From Patescibacteria group bacterium (GTDB taxonomy: Bacteria; Patescibacteriota; Minisyncoccia; Phycocordibacterales; UBA918), in contig JAIELQ010000005.1 in the NCBI GenBank assembly GCA_019752815.1, positions 49,625 to 113,624 on the forward strand: a stretch of DNA of 64,000 nucleotides, given 5' to 3'. Shown piece after piece: positions 28,226 to 37,867 of this stretch. The notes under the pieces are model-generated. The model searched no databases, was not told where the DNA came from, and saw only the letters and a program-made list of their open reading frames with translations. The translations under genes were made by a program, and so were the position numbers. The first letter of the stretch is position 1. Each line of letters starts with the position of its first letter.

Positions 28226-29725
28226 TTAAAACTCATCGAGATATTTAATGTCTGCACCGAGACTGGCTAATCGTGCAACGAGGTTTTCATAACCGCGGTT
28301 GATACTGTAGATATTACGCAGGACCGAGCGGCCGGATGCGCCCAACATCGCAATCAAGAGAATCGTAGCGGGACGCAAGGCGGGCGGGCAGATGAGCTCA
28401 GCTGATTTTAGCTGTGTTGGTCCGGTGATGTAGATACGGTGAGGGTCGGCCAAAACGGTGTCAGCACCGAGTTTTTCGAGCTCGGTAAAATAAATGGCGC
28501 GTTTTTCATACATCCAATCGTGAATGAGGGTTTGACCAGCTGCCTGGGTCGCAATCACCGCGTAGAAGGGGAGGTTGTCGGCATTGAGTCCAGGGTAGGG
28601 CCTGGAGTGTACTTTTTCTGGTGAAGCGTGTAGTTTGCTTGGTTTGATTTTTAAATCTACCAGTTTGGTGTATTCATTGACTGCTAGGTATGGTTTTGAT
28701 GTGCTGTATTGCAGACCCATTTTTTCGAGTACCAACAGTTCAAGCTCAAGAAACTCAATTGGAGCTCGGGTAATAGTGATGGCAGAATTAGTAACAATTG
28801 CAGCTGCAATAAAAAACATACTGTCGGTTGGATCCTCGGCCAGGGTGTATTCAATATCGACATTGATAGTACGAACACCGGTAACGGTTAGTGTGGTGGT
28901 GCCGATACCTTCAATTTGCACCCCAAATAATTTTAAGAAGACACAGATTTCCTGCACCATGTAGTTGGCACTCGCATATTTGATGACCGTTGTGCCTTCG
29001 TTAAGTGCTGCTGCGAACAGGACATTTTCAGTCACGGTGTCCCCGGATTCGTAAAGAATAATTTCAGACGGTTTTTTAAGTACGGTTGCGACTCTGAATT
29101 CTTTTTCTGTGGTTTCTATACTGACACCATAGTGTTCAAGGGCGTAAAAATGAGGGCGAACGGTGCGACTGCCGAGTTTGCAACCGCCTGATTGCGGAAG
29201 TGCAAAACTCGGCATAGTGTGAATCAGTGCACCAATAAACATTACAATACTGCGGGTTTTGCGGGCAGCATCAACATCGATTTTTTTGAGATCAAATTTT
29301 TTGGGTGGGGTGATCGTAATGGTACTGCCGCTCCAAACAATATGCATGCCGATACTCTGTAGCACCTCGATAATGCGGTGCACTTCCTCGATACGAGGCA
29401 TTCTGTGGAGGGTGGTGACGCCGCGGTTTAATAGTGACGCACATAGAAGTCCCACTGCACCATTTTTACTGGTATTAGTTTCAATGGTGCCAGATAGCTT
29501 CTTGTTCCCATTGATTTCGACATTAACGGTCCCAGGTGAGAGGGTGATGAGATTTTTACCGAGTGCGGTCCCGATTTTTTTCAGCATCTCGGCACTGATG
29601 TTTTGGGTGCCTGATTCAAGACGAGCAATAGCGCTTTGTGTAGTTTTAAGTTTTTTAGCGAGTTGTGTTTGGGTGAGTCCGACTGACTCTCTCAAATCAG
29701 CAATTCTGTTTCCAATATTTTCCAT
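28226..29725 (-). CDS. murA: UDP-N-acetylglucosamine 1-carboxyvinyltransferase fused to an N-terminal XRE-type HTH domain
   Basis: Residues 1-60, IADLRESVGLTQTQLAKKLKTTQSAIARLESGTQNISAEMLKKIGTALG, form an HTH_XRE. The remaining roughly 430 aa has the MurA/EPSP fold (SKNGAVGLLCASLL and related motifs). 499 aa in total. Confidence 0.85.
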   Translation of the reverse strand: MENIGNRIADLRESVGLTQTQLAKKLKTTQSAIARLESGTQNISAEMLKKIGTALGKNLITLSPGTVNVEINGNKKLSGTIETNTSKNGAVGLLCASLLNRGVTTLHRMPRIEEVHRIIEVLQSIGMHIVWSGSTITITPPKKFDLKKIDVDAARKTRSIVMFIGALIHTMPSFALPQSGGCKLGSRTVRPHFYALEHYGVSIETTEKEFRVATVLKKPSEIILYESGDTVTENVLFAAALNEGTTVIKYASANYMVQEICVFLKLFGVQIEGIGTTTLTVTGVRTINVDIEYTLAEDPTDSMFFIAAAIVTNSAITITRAPIEFLELELLVLEKMGLQYSTSKPYLAVNEYTKLVDLKIKPSKLHASPEKVHSRPYPGLNADNLPFYAVIATQAAGQTLIHDWMYEKRAIYFTELEKLGADTVLADPHRIYITGPTQLKSAELICPPALRPATILLIAMLGASGRSVLRNIYSINRGYENLVARLASLGADIKYLDEF

Positions 29726-29754
29726 ATATTTAATAGTAAAAACGACGCACTTCA

Positions 29755-29838
29755 GCGTTGGTCTACGGTAAAACTTTTCTCACCATACCAGTACGTATGG
29801 CTCGCAAAGTTTTCCTTGCCCGCCTTGAATTGCATTCG
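29755..29838 (+). repeat. Structured intergenic repeat, copy 3
   Basis: GCGTTGGTCTACGGTAAAA..hairpin CCATAC/GTATGG..TTTTCCTTGCCCGCCTTGAA. Confidence 0.7.
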
Positions 29839-29932
29839 TTTATAACTATCAAATAATATAGCATATCTGCTATATACATGTCATTTTCTAATTGGTGGAA
29901 AAGTGCTGAAGGTGGTACACTAGGGGCCTTAT

Positions 29933-30946
29933 ATGTTCGACAGATTTACTCCTAAAATTGGTATCGACCTCGGGACGACGAGTGTCTTAGTGTTTGTGCC
30001 TGGACAGGGAATTGTACTCAATGAGCCGTCGGTAGTAGCGGTAGGTGAAAACAATACGGTCCTCGCCGTGGGAGCAGAAGCCAAACAAATGATTGGACGA
30101 ACACCGGACACTATTCGGGCGTACCGGCCGATGAAAGATGGAGTAATTGCTGATTATCGCGTGACTGAGGCAATGTTACGATACTTTTTGCAAAAGGCAC
30201 TGAGCAAATACAATATTTTTAAACCTGATGTGATGGTATCGGTACCAGCGGGAGTAACCTCAACCGAACGGCGCGCAGTGGTAGAAGCCACGATTAAAGC
30301 GGGTGCGCGTAATGCCTACGTAGTAAAAGAACCAATTCTCGCTGCTATTGGGGCGGGGGTTCCGATCTATGAACCCCAAGGACACATGATTGTTGATATT
30401 GGTGGTGGAACGATTGACGTGGCAGTGATTTCTCTCGGTGGGATTGTAGCTGCAAACTCAGTCAAATGTGCCGGTAACCGCATTGATGCTGCTATCATTA
30501 ATTTTGTTAAAAAGACACGGAATTTATCGATTGGTGAAAAAACGGCTGAAGAAGTAAAAATCAAAGTAGGTTCAGCTCTGCCCCTTGAAGAAGAGTTGGT
30601 GATGGAACTCAAAGGTCGCGATGTCTTTACCGGATTGCCACGGACAACGGAGATTAAAACTAATGAAGTGGTGCGAGCAATTGCTGTTGAACTGCGTGAA
30701 ATGGTTAAAGCCATTAAAGATGTATTCCAGGATACGCCCCCAGAATTAGCATCAGATATTATTGATGGAGGGATTATTATGACCGGAGGAACTTCACAGT
30801 TACGAAATTTTCCAGAGTTAGTTAAACGACGGACGGGAGTGAAAGCACAGCTCGCAGATCAGGCGTTGTTTTGTGTGGTTAAGGGGACGGGTGTGGCACT
30901 GGAGCACCTCACCACTTACAAGCGTGCCATTTTAACAAAACGCTAA
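29933..30946 (+). CDS. mreB: Rod shape-determining protein MreB (paralog 1)
   Basis: IGIDLGTTSVLVFV..LNEPSVVA. Actin/Hsp70 fold motifs DIGGGTIDVAVISLGGIV and IIMTGGTSQL. Confidence 0.92.
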   Translation: MFDRFTPKIGIDLGTTSVLVFVPGQGIVLNEPSVVAVGENNTVLAVGAEAKQMIGRTPDTIRAYRPMKDGVIADYRVTEAMLRYFLQKALSKYNIFKPDVMVSVPAGVTSTERRAVVEATIKAGARNAYVVKEPILAAIGAGVPIYEPQGHMIVDIGGGTIDVAVISLGGIVAANSVKCAGNRIDAAIINFVKKTRNLSIGEKTAEEVKIKVGSALPLEEELVMELKGRDVFTGLPRTTEIKTNEVVRAIAVELREMVKAIKDVFQDTPPELASDIIDGGIIMTGGTSQLRNFPELVKRRTGVKAQLADQALFCVVKGTGVALEHLTTYKRAILTKR

Positions 30947-30961
30947 ATTTGAGTGATTACT

Positions 30962-31040
30962 TTGTTGTGCTCGAAATTGTTTCGGTCAACGTATAAACAT
31001 ACGTCTCTCTCAAAAATTTCAACCACGCCTCGTACTCATC
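30962..31040 (+). repeat. Structured intergenic repeat, copy 6 (more diverged)
   Basis: TTGTTGTGCTCG..TCAACGTATAAACATACGTCTC..CAACCACGCCTCGTACT. Begins 16 nt after the mreB stop. Confidence 0.6.
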
Positions 31041-31257
31041 TCACATTAAGTATTTTGTGACGAAGCGGTAATTTGGCGCATCTGCTTTGTTGCTCTTCAA
31101 AAAATTGTTTTCAATGTGCAAGAAGCACACCTCAAACAATTTTTTTTCGTGCGCCGCGCATCTATCGCCAAATAACCACTTCTTTTGAATATTGACATAA
31201 CGTATTTTAATGTTATTGTGTAGCAAGTTTTTAACTGGCTACTAAAGGGAGAAAGCC

Positions 31258-31827
31258 ATGAAGTTCATCAAGATCCTTCTCACCATCTGTGCTCTCAACA
31301 TCGGTGGTGGTATGGCCACTGCACAAGAACAGTCGTATTGTGATCAGTACTTCTACGGTATCATCGACCAAGATACGGTCGGAATGTTCATCGACAAAGT
31401 TCTCCTCGATGAATGTGATGCTGGTTCACAATTGCGAGTCTTTATCAGTTCCGCTGGCGGTGATCCGCAAGCTGCAATGGGTCTCTACGACTGGCTCCAG
31501 CTACTTGAGGCGGATACTGTAGCCATGGGCGATGTAGCTTCCGCAGCGGTACCGCTCTTTCTGGCAGGTAAGGTCCGTACGGCGCTGCCGAATGCGAGGT
31601 TTTTGATACATCCAGGATACACGTTTGTTCAAGAAAAAATGACTGATCGAGATTTTGCAGAACTCAAAGAGAGGGATGCTTGGGACGATGAGATGTACAA
31701 TCGCATCATCGCTGAACGTACCGGTTTGGAGCGAAGCAAAGTAGATAAAATGGTCGATCCCTTCACCGTGTTTGGAGTAGATGAAGCAAAAGAATGGGGG
31801 TTCATTACTCAAGCGTCGCTTAACTGA
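31258..31827 (+). CDS. Secreted ClpP/S14-like serine peptidase homolog
   Basis: Signal peptide MKFIKILLTICALNIGGGMATA. ClpP-like core ISSAGGDPQAAMGLYDWLQ..VAMGDVASAAVPLFLAGKVRTALPNARFLIHP. Confidence 0.6.
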   Translation: MKFIKILLTICALNIGGGMATAQEQSYCDQYFYGIIDQDTVGMFIDKVLLDECDAGSQLRVFISSAGGDPQAAMGLYDWLQLLEADTVAMGDVASAAVPLFLAGKVRTALPNARFLIHPGYTFVQEKMTDRDFAELKERDAWDDEMYNRIIAERTGLERSKVDKMVDPFTVFGVDEAKEWGFITQASLN

Positions 31828-31972
31828 AAAGAGCTTAGCTCAACTTCGGTTGGGCGGCTTTTTTATTTTGTTTCACCGCATTCATGATTGAGCTGTGTAG
31901 AGGGTGGGGTGAGTACGTGAGCTGATGCGGTACACTATAGATATACTATATGTACGTTGTTTGTTCTTAAGT

Positions 31973-33085
31973 ATGTTTGAGCGGTCATCAAAACAATTCT
32001 CTAGTCCAGAAGAGGAAGTGCAGTACTTGCGCGAGCGTATTGCGGTGCGTGAACGTGAGCTCTTGGGTAGAACAACCGAGGTAGATCATGCTGATTACGA
32101 AACGATTGCGAAACAGGAACTTTATGAGTATGGGATGTTTACGCCTAAAGTGATTTTAAATCCTGACCATGCGTTTGATGATCACGACTTGGCGTCGCAC
32201 ACTGAATTAATCGTAACGAGTCATGATCCTGCGACAGAAATCGTGACTGTTGCCTTTGAAAAGGGAATTCGCAATGCCTTGACACTACTCGAAAATGTTG
32301 AGAGTCCATACGTGATTGATGAGGTGCATCGTCAGCTCATTGAGTACATCAAACAAGGAAGGACAACTCAGGATTTAAAAGAAGGAGTACCACCGTGGGC
32401 CATTATGCATATGTCACTATTTGAAGTGACGTTGCCAGAACTCAAAGGGGCAAATGACAAAGAGTATCAACTGGCGGATTTGGTTGGCATGATGGAACAG
32501 TTATTTGCCGGAATGCGCAGTATTGCTCATAAAGATCCTCGTAATACCATGGTATTTGAAATTGCAGTCGCAGACAGTAGTGAGGATATTGTGTTTTATA
32601 CTGCAGTACCAAGCGAATTTGTGACGTTGTTTGAAAAGCAAACCCTGTCACTTTTTCCACGTGCAGTAATTGTTGAACAACTTCACGACTACAATATTTT
32701 TGTACCAGAAGGTACTAGTGTGGTGGCTGATGTGACTCTCAAGAAACACCCGATCTATCCAATTCGTAGTCACGCAGAGTTCACAACGGATCCACTTAAC
32801 GTTATTCTTAATGCGTTTTCTAAAATTGAACATGATGGTAGTGGTGCTGCCATGCAGTTTATTATTCGGTACCCGAAAACTGACTACCGAAAAAATTATT
32901 CAGAAATTCTTAAAAAAGTACAAAAGGGGACTAAACCAAAAGAAGCAATTGCGCGCAGTACGTTTAGTGGAGAGCTTACTGCTTCGGTATCCGAATTATT
33001 TTTTACTAAACCAAAAAAGAAGGTGAATTCGAACCGGCCAAAGAAGTCGATCAAGAAGCGGTTGAGCTGTTTAATAAAAAACTAA
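31973..33085 (+). CDS. Hypothetical protein (370 aa, Lys-rich C-terminus)
   Basis: ORF 31925..33085. The likely start is the Met at 31973. No domain recognised. Immediately upstream of the P-loop ATPase. Confidence 0.5.
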   Translation: MFERSSKQFSSPEEEVQYLRERIAVRERELLGRTTEVDHADYETIAKQELYEYGMFTPKVILNPDHAFDDHDLASHTELIVTSHDPATEIVTVAFEKGIRNALTLLENVESPYVIDEVHRQLIEYIKQGRTTQDLKEGVPPWAIMHMSLFEVTLPELKGANDKEYQLADLVGMMEQLFAGMRSIAHKDPRNTMVFEIAVADSSEDIVFYTAVPSEFVTLFEKQTLSLFPRAVIVEQLHDYNIFVPEGTSVVADVTLKKHPIYPIRSHAEFTTDPLNVILNAFSKIEHDGSGAAMQFIIRYPKTDYRKNYSEILKKVQKGTKPKEAIARSTFSGELTASVSELFFTKPKKKVNSNRPKKSIKKRLSCLIKN

Positions 33086-33156
33086 ATTCACAAATTGTTG
33101 AGACTAATATTCGGATTATAGTCTCGGCCAAACTACCACACCGAGCGAGTCAAATC

Positions 33157-34740
33157 ATGTCGGAATTGGCAGCTACACTTCATCAATTTGCAACCGTTGA
33201 TAGTAATCAGTTTGTGATCAATGAGCGTAAGGGTAGTGTATTGCGCGCAGTCGAAAAAAGTTTTTCATTCAGAGAGTTTAATCCAAAAACGAGCGTCCCG
33301 CTGTCACTTACAGAATTATCAACCATTATGCACTTTACCGGCAATGGTATTACATCCTCGCCACAATATAAGCAGTCTGGAGCGATGACTGCAGCAGCGC
33401 CTACTGATACACCTACAGAAGGTACACTTTTGGGAGTCAATAAACACCGTAACACCGAAAAGGAGATTTATATGACTGAGCGTGATCGCATGCGACATTT
33501 TTACGTGATTGGTCAAACGGGTACTGGTAAATCAGTATTGCTTAAAAATGTCATCATTCAAGATATTTTAAATGGTGACGGTGTTTGTATGATAGACCCG
33601 CATGGAACCGACATCGTAGACGTACTAGGCTCAATTCCACCAGAGCGTGAAAAGGATGTAATTTACTTTGATCCATCGGATCTAGAGAATCCAATTGGGC
33701 TTAACATGCTGGAGTTTGATGAACAAAAACCAGAGCAGAAAACATTTGTGGTTAATGAATTATTTTCAATTTTCCAAAAATTGTATGGAGGAAATCCAGA
33801 ATCAATGGGGCCAATGTTTGAACAGTATTTTCGTAACGCAACGTTGCTCGTGATGGAAGATCCAGATTCAGGGAATACCCTAATGGATATTTCACGGGTA
33901 ATGGCTGACGCCAAGTATCGGCGGATGAAATTAGAGAAAGCTAAAAATCCGGTCGTGGTACAGTTTTGGCGTGAGATTGCGACTAAAGCCGGTGGTGAAG
34001 CTTCACTCGAAAACATAGTGCCCTATATCGTATCAAAATTCGACGTGTTTACCGCCAACGACTACATGCGTCCAATTATTGGTCAGCAAAAATCGGCTTT
34101 CAACTTTAGACAGATTATGGATGAGAAGAAAATCTTACTTGTGAATCTTTCTAAAGGCCGTTTGGGTGAAATTAATGCCAATCTTATTGGTATGATTATT
34201 GTAGGTAAAATCTTGATGGCAGCATTGTCTCGAGTAGATAATGAAGCGATGGACTTTCCACCGTTCTATTTGCATATTGATGAGTTCCAAAACGTATCAA
34301 CTCCATCAATTGCTTCAATTTTGTCAGAAGCTCGAAAGTATAAATTGAGTCTCACTATGGCTCATCAATTTATTGCGCAACTTGATCAAGATATTAAAGA
34401 TGCGGTATTTGGTAACGTGGGCTCAGTCGCAGCATTTCGAATTGGATCTGAAGATGCTCATTTTTTGGAGAGTCAGTTTGCTCCTGTATTTAGTGCAAAC
34501 GACCTAATGAATGTGCCAAATTGGAACGCTATGATACGGATGTTAGCTAATGGTACTCCAACAAAACCATTTAGTATTGGTACCATGCCACCTTTTAAAG
34601 CGGATATTACCAGAGTGGCAGAACTAAAAGCTATGTCCGCGAAAAGGTACGGACGTCCACGCGCCGAAGTTGAGGCTGAAATCGCTGCCCGCTATGCCAA
34701 GGAGCCTGTTTCGCTCCCCCCGCTAAGTGCTATGATATAG
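33157..34740 (+). CDS. FtsK/HerA/TraG(VirD4)-superfamily P-loop ATPase (soluble, 527 aa)
   Basis: Walker A HFYVIGQTGTGKSVLLKN. Walker B FYLHIDEFQN. Downstream ARKYKLSLTMAHQFIAQLD resembles the RKYG..L.TQ motif of HerA/TraG/VirB4-type ATPases. No TM helices. Confidence 0.65.
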   Translation: MSELAATLHQFATVDSNQFVINERKGSVLRAVEKSFSFREFNPKTSVPLSLTELSTIMHFTGNGITSSPQYKQSGAMTAAAPTDTPTEGTLLGVNKHRNTEKEIYMTERDRMRHFYVIGQTGTGKSVLLKNVIIQDILNGDGVCMIDPHGTDIVDVLGSIPPEREKDVIYFDPSDLENPIGLNMLEFDEQKPEQKTFVVNELFSIFQKLYGGNPESMGPMFEQYFRNATLLVMEDPDSGNTLMDISRVMADAKYRRMKLEKAKNPVVVQFWREIATKAGGEASLENIVPYIVSKFDVFTANDYMRPIIGQQKSAFNFRQIMDEKKILLVNLSKGRLGEINANLIGMIIVGKILMAALSRVDNEAMDFPPFYLHIDEFQNVSTPSIASILSEARKYKLSLTMAHQFIAQLDQDIKDAVFGNVGSVAAFRIGSEDAHFLESQFAPVFSANDLMNVPNWNAMIRMLANGTPTKPFSIGTMPPFKADITRVAELKAMSAKRYGRPRAEVEAEIAARYAKEPVSLPPLSAMI

Positions 34741-34745
34741 GTACT

Positions 34746-37502
34746 ATGAAAGAGGGCTATCCATCAAATAAATTGGATGTGGCGTATCGAGGCGACTTCG
34801 AAGACCCTGCGCGGACTGCTTTTTCTAATGCACAGTTGCCGCCCCAAAGAGTGACACTCGAAGATTTTGCAAAATATCCGTTTGGTCCTTCTGAGATAAC
34901 TTCAAAAAGTGATTACGTAAAACATGTGCTCACCTGGTTTTCAAAAGCACTCATCGATGCTGGATATAAACCCAATGAAGTTGATAATCTCATTCGTAAA
35001 TCATTAGATACTATTGATTTTAATAGACCGGAAGCGATGTACGTAGCTGATATCAATCGTATTATTCAAAATTTTTATAAGGCAGCTCCTGGTAAAAATA
35101 GTTCGACTGAGGCAACTGAGGTTCCAGCTCCAGTTGCTGCTGGGCAAGCTGAGATTATTGAGACTTCTGTTCAGTCAACACCAACACCAATAACGCCTGT
35201 TGTACCGCAACAGAGTGAAACGCACATTTCTCCTTTTGCACAAAAAGTTGAACCGTTTCGGTCGGCAGATGATGGTGTGCCCAAAGAGGTCACAATTAAT
35301 ACTAGAACTCCAGATCTGAGTTCGGTTTCGAGTGTAGAAATACAACAAGAAGAAGAAACTCTGCCACTCGCTACAGAATTTGATGATCGAGCGCAAGAAT
35401 ATGCCGAATACGGTAATCGTTCAATAAAAATAACACCTTCTTTCCCTGAAGCTACTAACGTGACAGCGGTTAAAAAAGATAATTTCGAAAATCCTCCTCA
35501 GGTGACTCGTAATGAACAGTTAGCTTCGACACCGCTCATTCTAACCCCTGAAATGCGGGTTGTTGATCCGAATGAACCAATTGTGCTTGAGACAGTGAGT
35601 GCTGATGACGAGGTCGCGTTGGAGAAGCGGAATGTTGGTTTAGAATATCAAAGCAAGCTTGATGCGCTCAACACACAAGCGTTTAATCATGAAGCGTACA
35701 TAGAATTTGTGTTTGATGTGCACACGGGTCTTAGACATGAATATGATGGAGTAATCAATTCAGCGCGAAATAACCTAAAGCGATTTGATGGCTTTTATGC
35801 ACCGTCCACAATTGAAAAACAAGCACTGCAATTATTATCAAGTCTCCAAGGTCAGTACGCCAAGATGCAGAATGTACAATCTGATTACGGTCTTATTCGA
35901 GGCGCACTGACTGAGAAATTAAGTGAGAGTCCTACCGACGCAATCGAAGCCGAAATTAAGTCTTTGTCACAGAGTTATCTTGATGCTACACAAAAACTTT
36001 TTGCAAACATTAGCAAGCTTGAAGGTTTGATAGAAGAAGTGAAACAAGAAGAAAAACCGTCAGTAGCAGAAGTGTATCGGGCACAATTTGAAAAACTGCA
36101 GACTGAAGGTAATCAGGTGTTGCGGTCACTATCAGCCAGTCACCCCTTGTATGAGCGGCTAAAGACAGCTGTAGAAGTTGATTTACAAAAAATTATTGCA
36201 CAAGCGTCTGTTGAAAATGGGGGAGATAAAGCGGTACTTGAAAACTCCTCGAACTTTATAGCGAGAAGGGATCAAATTAAAGAGCTGATTTCATTTATCA
36301 AAAAAGAACAAGAGTATCAAGATTTCTTTGCGCGTGCTCGGGCGCGGGTGCAAAAACTTGAATCACAATTTGAAATAATTCCGACGGGAGATAAAGGAAT
36401 GCAGGTAAAAACAATCCTTGCAGAAAATATTGTAAAAATTAAACAGGCTCTTAGTGGAACTGATTCACAAACCGCCACCGTAGGCGTGCTTGAGAACTTG
36501 AATCAACAAAAAAGCATTATTGAGATGTTACTTCGTGATTCAGAAGAGTCAATTTCGTCATTACCGCAGAGTGAGACTGTCGTACAACAAGAAGTGGGGT
36601 CAAGGGTGTTAACTGATGCTGAGTTGATTGCCGTTGTTGAAAAAACTCCGCTTGTTGAAAATATGGCAGAAGTGCAGGATCGCTATCAGATGCAGCGGGC
36701 AGAGATTGAAAAATATCTAACGTACCAACGTGAGCAACAGAGCAGGGAACGTTTCTCTGGACCCGTGTATGAAAAAGCAAAACGACTAGCAGGCATGCTA
36801 CATTTGGGTACGATTGGTAAAGCGGCTGCGGTACTTTTGACGCTCGCTGGACCAGCTGGTGTCTCGAGTCAAAAATCAGACCTGAATATTCTTGGTGATC
36901 TCAACATGTCAGCAGGTGTGTTAGCGCAACCGGATTTTGATTACGCCGCTATTTCAGAATTTCTCCGGACGGCTGAGGGATTTAGGGTGATTTCTGAAAC
37001 AGTAGCACCGGCAGTGTCAACTGTTGCTCCAGAGTTACCAAAAGTACCAGTGTCAGTAGAGACTGTGCCCGGTGTGATTTTGCCAGACATGGTCAGTCGT
37101 TCAAATGACGAAACCCAGGATATGCCATCAGAAATCTTTAGTGATTTAGCTGATGAGGTACCAAAAGACAAGGGTATTGAATTTGCAAGTCCAAATAAAT
37201 CTAATGTTCCAGAAGCTTTACGTAAGCCATACAAAATAAATTTTGGTGATAAATTCTGGGATATTAATGAGGGAAAAACGCTCGCTGGTAAATTGCCGGT
37301 CATGTCACAAATAAATCCTTCCTTAAAACAAGCACTCATAGACCGTATGCGCGATAAAATTAATAATGACAGAGCACTCAGAGACGCTATTGGCGGGTTT
37401 GGTAAAAATGCTGATCAGCTCCGTACCGGAGAATTAATGAATCTCGACAAACTTAATGAACTGGGGGTGAGTGTAGCCGCTGACTACAGTTATCTAAAAT
37501 AA
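34746..37502 (+). CDS. Giant hypothetical coiled-coil protein (918 aa)
   Basis: Long predicted helical or coiled-coil regions with one internal hydrophobic segment (AAAVLLTLAGPAGV). No enzymatic motif recognised. Start is 6 nt after the ATPase stop. Confidence 0.55.
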   Translation: MKEGYPSNKLDVAYRGDFEDPARTAFSNAQLPPQRVTLEDFAKYPFGPSEITSKSDYVKHVLTWFSKALIDAGYKPNEVDNLIRKSLDTIDFNRPEAMYVADINRIIQNFYKAAPGKNSSTEATEVPAPVAAGQAEIIETSVQSTPTPITPVVPQQSETHISPFAQKVEPFRSADDGVPKEVTINTRTPDLSSVSSVEIQQEEETLPLATEFDDRAQEYAEYGNRSIKITPSFPEATNVTAVKKDNFENPPQVTRNEQLASTPLILTPEMRVVDPNEPIVLETVSADDEVALEKRNVGLEYQSKLDALNTQAFNHEAYIEFVFDVHTGLRHEYDGVINSARNNLKRFDGFYAPSTIEKQALQLLSSLQGQYAKMQNVQSDYGLIRGALTEKLSESPTDAIEAEIKSLSQSYLDATQKLFANISKLEGLIEEVKQEEKPSVAEVYRAQFEKLQTEGNQVLRSLSASHPLYERLKTAVEVDLQKIIAQASVENGGDKAVLENSSNFIARRDQIKELISFIKKEQEYQDFFARARARVQKLESQFEIIPTGDKGMQVKTILAENIVKIKQALSGTDSQTATVGVLENLNQQKSIIEMLLRDSEESISSLPQSETVVQQEVGSRVLTDAELIAVVEKTPLVENMAEVQDRYQMQRAEIEKYLTYQREQQSRERFSGPVYEKAKRLAGMLHLGTIGKAAAVLLTLAGPAGVSSQKSDLNILGDLNMSAGVLAQPDFDYAAISEFLRTAEGFRVISETVAPAVSTVAPELPKVPVSVETVPGVILPDMVSRSNDETQDMPSEIFSDLADEVPKDKGIEFASPNKSNVPEALRKPYKINFGDKFWDINEGKTLAGKLPVMSQINPSLKQALIDRMRDKINNDRALRDAIGGFGKNADQLRTGELMNLDKLNELGVSVAADYSYLK

Positions 37503-37507
37503 ACACT

Positions 37508-37801
37508 ATGATCACTTCACAACACATTCAAGCGGCGCAAACTAAATTAGGTCTCGATACGCTATCACCGTCAGACGCGGAAGCAATTTTAAATAGATTT
37601 GGCTACGATATTGTGGTGGCCACGATGACTGAGTTCATGACGTCTCTGGGGGAATGGGAGCAGAATTCATTTGAAAGTTGGATTGAAGCACATCAAGCTG
37701 AACCAGACATGCTCGAACAATTGATGTTGCTCTATCCACAATTTGGAAAAATCCTCACGGAAGAAATTTTAAAATTAAAAAACGCACACGAAGTAGTGTA
37801 G
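37508..37801 (+). CDS. Small helical hypothetical protein (97 aa)
   Basis: Starts 6 nt after the giant ORF. Acidic helical protein. Confidence 0.5.
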   Translation: MITSQHIQAAQTKLGLDTLSPSDAEAILNRFGYDIVVATMTEFMTSLGEWEQNSFESWIEAHQAEPDMLEQLMLLYPQFGKILTEEILKLKNAHEVV

Positions 37802-37867
37802 TTTTGTAAAGTAATACACAGAAGCGTAGGTGCATATACTTTTGTCTCGTAACGACAGTGGTATGAT

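Noticed and set aside
37508-37801. WXG100/EsxA-like identity for the 97-aa protein, which would imply a type VII secretion locus with the FtsK-like ATPase
   Set aside because: Size and helical character fit, but there is no central W-x-G motif (only GEW). The ATPase has a single P-loop domain, unlike EssC. Not supportable from sequence alone.
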